DNA of 63,843 nt, filler included, from Vannella sp. (taxonomy: Eukaryota), in the NCBI GenBank assembly GCA_023345925.1. It is 9 parts of 9 records of this genome, joined end to end, with 100 filler letters (N's around TTAATTAATTAA, not from the genome) between each part and the next. Parts side by side here need not be neighbours in the genome. Positions count along the whole stretch, not along the records: positions 55,454 to 60,955 come from JAJQQN010000128.1; positions 61,056 to 63,843 come from JAJQQN010000774.1; 7 more parts are not named here. The stretch is one strand, 5' to 3'. The notes under the pieces were generated by a model. It was not told the origin of the DNA, ran no database searches, and saw only the letters and a list, made by a program, of their open reading frames with translations. The position numbers and the translations under genes are program-made. Below are positions 57,413-63,843 of the stretch, one piece after another (the stretch's first letter is position 1; every line of letters starts with the position of its first letter).

Positions 57413-58133
57413 TCACACTTCATATTCTGCATCACCGCGAAAGCGGGTGCTGACAGTATGAACCCAAGAGACGAAACTCTCCTTCGAACGAGACAAGTCC
57501 GTGTAGGAAGTGATCTTTCCATTCTCAATCCTGCTTTCGTCAGCCCTCCTTCGGCTCTTCCATTCATACAATACATGGCACTTACAAATAGATGCCGGGG
57601 TAGTTGTGCAGGGCAAAGGGGCGACAAACAGGAACTTCGCATTTGCAATCCACTCGGCCTACTTGAACGGTTCCTCTCTCTTTGAAGTGCTGCGCGGTTC
57701 TCTCCCACGCTCTCTTCATGTGGCGACAGTGGTCGCAGAGAGGGGAGTATCTGGCGGGTGCTTTCAGAGTGTGGACGACAATGAGGGGGAGAAAGAGCGC
57801 CTACAACTCAATCAGCCACGAGGAGTCTCTTCTGTTGGTGAGATTGAAGTAATTGAGCTGTGTGAGTTGAACAACAGCTGAATCAGGATCATATTCGTCC
57901 TCTCTGCACTGCTCCAGGTCCTCTGGAGTGAGAGGGCTGGACGAGATCAAGTGAAGGAACACAATAAGGAGCGCCAGCATCATCACAAACATTGTCACCA
58001 ATCCCCACGTACAAACACCGCGCCACAAAAGGATGCTGTCCACCCTATCCCTCTCCTCAACAGCAGAAGCTTCGTCAACCTCTGCTTCTCTCAATCCCCC
58101 CACCACGGCTCCCTCCACTATCTTCCGTCTCAT
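57413..58133 (-). CDS. Membrane-anchored thioredoxin/PDI-like protein (CDHC active site; multi-exon)
   Basis: TM segment, then spliced VVQLTQLNYFNL...WLIELYSPLCDHCRHMK.AWE...VGRVDC...YPGIYL; 3' end uncertain. Confidence 0.7.
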
Positions 58134-58334
58134 AGCAAATGAAAATGATTCAAGATAACCGGTTATCAATAGAGGATTGAAAGTCAAAAGAATTGGACAG
58201 CTGCCAAAAAAGGAAATGACAGCCCTCCAATCAGAGCGAAGGAGGCGCCACGTGGTCCTTTCGGCGATCCGCATGAAAAGTAGAGGAAAAAGCCGGTGAT
58301 TGTGCAAAGGTCATTATTATTTGGGTCTGTTTGG

Positions 58335-60656
58335 ATGGCGGTGAACTTTGCGGTGTCCTCGACACCTCACAGGGACCTGGCGATGACCAATTTGCTCTAC
58401 GTGAACCCCCAAGACTTTGGCCGCTTGTGCCGCAGTCGATCTGCTCCCACTTACGTCCAGATCCAGGAGTTTGTCTTCACCGTTGGGTTCGTCCGCTTAC
58501 CCCTTCGTTGTTGTCTGGAGGCACTCACCAAACGTTGAATAGTGATGCTAAGGAGACTCTCCCTGGTACTATGGCTTTCAGTGCTGTTCAACGCACCTTT
58601 ATGCGCCTGGGACGAGGAGACCAAGTCAGTGCGAAGCCATTCCGCATTGAGGAGCATCCGGACATCTACTTGAACACTCTGGAGTTGGAAGTGAACTTCC
58701 TGAAGCCTTCTTCTTCCACCCACACCTTCGAAGGTGCTCGCCTGGAGGAAGCAGTGAAGAAACACCTCGATCTCCAGATCTTCTGCCTCGAGCAACGTTG
58801 CCTCATTGATGTGGACGGCTTTGTTCTGACTCTTCGGGTCGTTAACTTCCAATCGGTCGACCTTCAATCACTGAAAGAGGGTAAAGTGCAGGTGGCCACA
58901 AGTAAGTCCCCTCCTCCCTCCTTAGGCAGCTCCCCTTGGCTCATTGATCCACTTAGACTCTGCCCGTGGTTTGCTCACAAGAAAGACTGAAGTGAGCTTC
59001 GTGAAGGCTCCTAACACGACCTTCCGAATCAAAGGGGCCTCCCGAACCAGCAACAATCAGATCTTCAGGCCAGATTGGAACTTCGAGAACATGGGCATTG
59101 GTGGGTTGGATACTGAGTTCAGTGAGATCTTCCGCCGTGCCTTCGCTTCGCGCGTGTTCCCTTCTTCGGTTGTATCCCAGTTGGGCATTCATCACGTCAA
59201 GGGAATGCTACTTTATGGCCCTCCAGGCACTGGCAAGACACTTCTTGCTCGTCAGATTGGCAAGATGCTCAACGGCAAGGAACCTAAGATTGTCAATGGG
59301 CCAGAGATTCTCAACAAGTTCGTTGGGCAGTCAGAAGAGAACATTCGAGCGCTCTTTATCGACGCTGAGAAGGAGTACGCAGAGCGGGGCGATGACAGTG
59401 ACCTTCATATCATCATCTTCGATGAGATTGACGCAATTTGCAAGTCCAGAGGCAGCGTAGCCTCCGGCACTGGTGTGCACGATACTGTTGTGAACCAGCT
59501 GCTGACCAAAATCGATGGTGTGAACTCCCTGAACAACATCCTCGTCATCGGCATGACCAATAGAAAGGATATGATCGATGAGGCATTGCTGCGTCCTGGC
59601 CGCCTCGAAGTTCATGTCGAGATTGGTCTGCCAGATGAGAATGGCCGTTTGCAGATCTTCCGCATTCACACGGCCAAGATGACTGCCGCTGGTCGTTTGT
59701 CAGAGGATGTTGACCTCGCAGAGCTTTCCAACATTGCCAAGAACTACACCGGTGCAGAGATAGAAGGTGTTGTCCGCGCTGCTTGTTCTTTCGCTTTCAA
59801 CCGCTCTATTGACGCGCACGATCCCACCAAGCCCCAGGACCCTGACAAGATCCAGATTTGCAACCACGATTTCATGCTGGCACTGGAGGAAGTCCCTCCC
59901 AAGTTTGGTGTGACGGAAGAGAACTTCACGAGCTGTGTGGCTAATGGAATCATTCCTTATGGGCCCGAGTTTGCCAAGGTAATGACTGCTGGAACTCTGT
60001 TCATTCAGCAAGTGAAGAACAGCTCCCGCACTCCGTTGGTGACCATGCTTTTGGATGGTGGGACTGGTTGTGGTAAGACTGCTGTGGCTGCTACGTTGGC
60101 GTTGAGTGGGGAATTCCCATTTGTCAAGATGGTTTCTCCCGACCGTGTGGTGGGTTACAGCGAGAGTGCCAAGTGCCAGTACATCACTTCTGCCTTCGAA
60201 GACGCTTCCAAGTCCCAAGTGAGTTGCTTAGTTCTCGATGATATTGAGCGGCTTCTTGATTATGTCCCTATTGGGCCCCGTTTCTCCAATTCTGTCTTGC
60301 AGTGCCTCTTGGTGCTCCTCAAGAGAACTCCTCCCAAAGGTCGCCGCCTATTTATCGTGGGCACCACCAGCAGCCGTCAGACATTAGCCCATATGGGATT
60401 GGCTGACATTTTCAACGCCACAATCACTGTCCCCGCTGTGGCACCCGGCGAAGAAGTTGTCGAAGTCCTCAAATCATTGGATGTCTTCACCGAAGACGAC
60501 TTGCAATTGATCAGCCGCTCTTGCAATCAATCCATTCCTATCAAGAAGCTCTTGATGATTACTGAGATGGCTCAACAAGGTGCCAACGAAGGTTTGGGGA
60601 ACCGATTCCTCCAGTGCATGAAAGACTACGGCATCGACAGCACCGGATTCCTTTAA
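58335..60656 (+). CDS. NSF: Vesicle-fusing AAA+ ATPase NSF/Sec18 (3 exons)
   Basis: MGIGGLDTEF..IFRRAFASRVFP, GPPGTGKTLLARQIG, LHIIIFDEIDAICK, IGPRFSN. Confidence 0.97.
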
Positions 60657-60871
60657 GAGATCGGCATAAACCAGTCCAATTCAGCCTTATCTCATCAGCC
60701 TGGGCCAAATGGGCTTGTACTGCCATGAAGCATGTTCTCGAGAGACTTCTTCTTGAGGTTGCATTCTTCCGTATCTTTCGATGTCAGAATGATGAACGAA
60801 GTGCTGAAAGTGAGGGAGAGATTCAGTTGTACAAGATTGTATTATTCACACTTGCAGCCACATCAAGGCGC

Positions 60872-60955
60872 TTAGAAGCACTTGCGGTGGACAATGGAGG
60901 GGCCAGACTCGTCGTACTCCTCCTTGGAGATCCACATCTGTTGGAAAGTGGAGAG
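60872..60955 (-). CDS. ACT: Actin, C-terminal fragment at contig edge
   Basis: LSTFQQMWISKEEYDESGPSIVHRKCF*. Confidence 0.97.
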   Translation of the reverse strand, partial: LSTFQQMWISKEEYDESGPSIVHRKCF

Positions 60956-61055
60956 NNNNNNNNNNNNNNNNNNNNNNNNNNNNNNNNNNNNNNNNNNNNT
61001 TAATTAATTAANNNNNNNNNNNNNNNNNNNNNNNNNNNNNNNNNNNNNNNNNNNN
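60956..61055. other. Artificial contig spacer
   Basis: N44-TTAATTAATTAA-N44. Confidence 0.99.
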
Positions 61056-61522
61056 AGTTGACGTGAGGGCGAAAGCACTTGGAATCCATCCGCGAAGCAA
61101 GACCTTGCTTCACAAACGAAGCCGAGGAGCTACTCCGGTACTATTGGGGCCTTCAACGGAAGCTATGCGATAAGATAACAGCCCGTAGTTACTCTACTCT
61201 CGCCCAACTAGCTTTCTGCCATGCGAAGCTGTGTGGAATGAGCACCATCGGCAAGTACAGCTGTCTGATGGCCATTTACTTGATGGAGGAGTTCACTTCG
61301 AGCTTCTACGGGTTCTCCCTTTTGGATTTCGTTGGCTCTCATTGTCAGAACCTCTCCACGTACGGTGAAACCCTCGTGAGCGCTCCGCAGGAACCCAATT
61401 TTGGAAAACTCACAAGAATCGTAGTTCTCCCAGATTCCAGCCCTTTCCAACCACATTCAAAGAGTCCTAAGCAGCCATGGAATGAGGGTCAAAGAGGAAT
61501 AGAAAACCAATTCCTTGAATAG
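61056..61522 (+). CDS. C-terminal fragment of a divergent MCM-family protein (MCM8/9/MCMDC2-like AAA lid)
   Basis: PCFTNEAEELLRYYWGLQR...ITARSYSTLAQLAFCHAKL...MAIYLMEE matches the MCM lid pattern. Confidence 0.6.
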
Positions 61523-61559
61523 TCAGACTAGTACCGAAAATAGCCTTTTTGGGAGGCGA

Positions 61560-63843
61560 ATGGTTCACCGACCAAAGAGTCAGCCAAAAGTCAGTTTATC
61601 CTGTCGTAGAATGGAGGTCGACCAGGCTGGCTTTCAACTGTACTTGGCGGCTGTCAATGGAGACTTCCTGATGCTGAGCAAATCGTTGAGATCCGGAGGT
61701 TCTGTTGGGTTTCGATACTCTGGCCCTTCGCGTGATCCTTGTAACACAGAGCGAAGGGAACTCGTGGTGAGTCCCTTCTGTGACAACGCGTTTGATTGAC
61801 AATGCGTTGGTAGAATGACACCGCCCTTCATTGTGCGGTGAGTCAGGGGAATGAGCCTCTTGTTCGCCTCATTCTCCAACACGAGGGAGATCCCAATCAG
61901 GTGAGTCTCCACTCCCTCTGAACCTTGCAGTCATTAATCTCCTCCAGCAACGCCTTCGAACTGTAACAGATGCCATTGGAAGGACCAAGGTCAGATTCAA
62001 CGCACACCAATCGCCAAATGACTTCTCACGTTCTTCATAGGCAAAGACAGAAGGTTGTATCGACTTGGCAGTAAAGCTGGCCACCAGGGATCCAGTATTA
62101 GCAGCCAAACTGATTCAAATGCTGGTGGAGAAGAACGGTGACGTGAGGACAATCAGTGCAGCACGGAAAGAGAAGATTCGCAATGAGAGCGTCAGAGCAT
62201 ACCTCCGTCTTGATTACTACGCACTACAACATGTTCACTTCTGCCTAGCTGGTGCTGTTGCAGTGATGGACCTTTCTCATTGCGAGATTACCAACCTCTC
62301 CAATTTCCTTCCTGAACAGGTTCTAGCGCGGCTATCACCAACCCTTTCATCGATGAACTTGTCACATAATCGCTTGTCGGAGCTTCCGGCCTCCATCTCT
62401 CAACTCAGTAACTTAACGCATTTGGACGTGTCACGCAATCAGCTTGAGAATCTACCCCCTTCTATTGCCCTTTTGGACCACCTCTCCGCGTTGGATCTCA
62501 GCGGCAACCCCCTTGGCGGGATTCCCCTCTTTGTACTCAACACAGGAGTGGGTGCGATTCTTGAATACTACTCGGATATCCTCGAAGGTGTCACTGAAGT
62601 GTGTTTGGAGACCAAACTGCTCATTGTAGGAGAAGAAAATGTGGGGAAAACCTCTCTCATCAACAATCTGATAGGCAAAAGAACACAAACTTTGCGCTGT
62701 TCTAGTCTTCCGGCTAGTGGAAAAGAGGCTCCAAATGTTTCCACACATGGAATTGATGTAATCGCTTTCTCCTTGAAAGGCAAGATGGACAGCAAACAGT
62801 TTCGTGCATCATCCGGAGTTCATGTGGAAAATCCCTTCCCCTCCCGTGGGATTGACAGAAGACGATCAAGTCCTTATGTACCTCGGCGGGTCGCTGCTTC
62901 CTTGACCTTGAGTGGATCTCCATATCGCTCTGCTGGACCAGTTCTTCTCCGTGAAGACCGGAAGAAACCAGAAGACTCTAGAGAACAATTTACTCCTCCA
63001 CTATCAATTCCAATTGGCGCTGCTTCTGGAGCGAAGTTGCGTTGGCTCTATGAAGCAGGAGGGCGAACTACTCCGAGGCGACTATCAAAAGACAAAACCG
63101 TGTATCGAGAAGTGCTCCTTTGCAACGCCTCAGACAAGAAGATTGAACTTTTCCTGGGGATGCGTTTGGACTCTCTTTACCAAAAGTTCATCCACCAAGA
63201 GAATGGGATTAACCGACGCACTATCAAGAAGAACTTTAAAACCATCCGCCAGTGCTTTCAGGCAACTGATTTGGTTGAATGGATGATACGGAACACTGCA
63301 ATTACTGTGCGAGATCTTGCAGTGAAGGTCGGAAGCATTTTTGTCCAACGTAACTTAATAAGGCGCGTTCTTCGCTCAGCAAAAGAGAACTTCCAAGATG
63401 AGTCAAGCCTCTACGTGATCCTTGATGCTAAACAGCATTCAGTTGACTACCTGTTCCATGCATACGACTTTGCTGGCCAAAAGGTTTATTATCCCACGCA
63501 CCAGTTCTTCCTCACTCCCAAGGCAATCTATCTGATTGCCTTTGACTTGAGAATGGACATCTCAAGCTCTAGGCTGGAGCATTGGCTTCAATCCATTCAG
63601 AGCCGAGCTGGAGACTCTGGGGTTATCCTTATCGTCGGAACGCACGCCGATGATGAACGTTTTGCCGGAAACGAGACCGCCTTGGCGGAAGCACTGCAAG
63701 CTATTGAGCAAGAGTTCTGTGGAAGATTCCCTTCCATCCAAAATATCTACGCCATTAGCAACAAGACTGGACATGCTATCGAAATGATTCGAGAACGATT
63801 AGTTACTGCAGCACAGTACTTGCTCCAATCGATACCGCCCATT
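61560..63843 (+). CDS. Roco-family protein (ankyrin-like, LRR, Roc GTPase with DEP insertion); 3' truncated
   Basis: LRRs (NLSHNRLSELP, LDVSRNQLENLP), KLLIVGEENVGKTSL, STHGID, YDFAGQKVYYPTHQFFL, IVGTHAD, AISNKTG. Missing from the ORF track because the frame runs off the window. Confidence 0.9.

Overview
Eukaryotic nuclear DNA, not a prokaryotic locus. The window is nine separate contigs (about 3-10 kb each) joined by artificial 100-bp N44-TTAATTAATTAA-N44 spacers, so gene adjacency only means something within a contig. The genome is very compact (many intergenic gaps of 25-120 bp). It has short spliceosomal introns of about 45-60 nt (GT-AG, at least two probable GC-AG, CTRAC/CTCAC branch points) and uses the standard genetic code. 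The actin C-terminus, a Roco protein, a WIP/verprolin and a cNMP-GRAM-cNMP cassette suggest an amoebozoan-like protist (inference). Recognisable genes: INTS6, DCP1, CLP1, DUS2, WIP, PITP, BCAS3, a CTDSPL2-like phosphatase, MSH4, NSF, an actin 3' end and tRNA-Phe. Most notable observations: (1) a secreted protein made of three tandem phage tail-collar/tail-fibre-like repeats, each with an HxH motif; (2) a tandem trio of intronless bacterial YbjN-like genes; (3) an intronless coiled-coil protein with PD-(D/E)XK-like motifs; (4) unusual domain fusions: CID-F-box-LRR, RGS-cNMP-GRAM-cNMP-PH-PH, a Roc domain with an inserted DEP domain, C1-CaMK, a CaaX-terminated arrestin and a membrane-anchored adaptin ear; (5) a divergent YTH-domain gene head-to-head with CLP1. 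All family calls come from motif recognition by eye; no searches were run.
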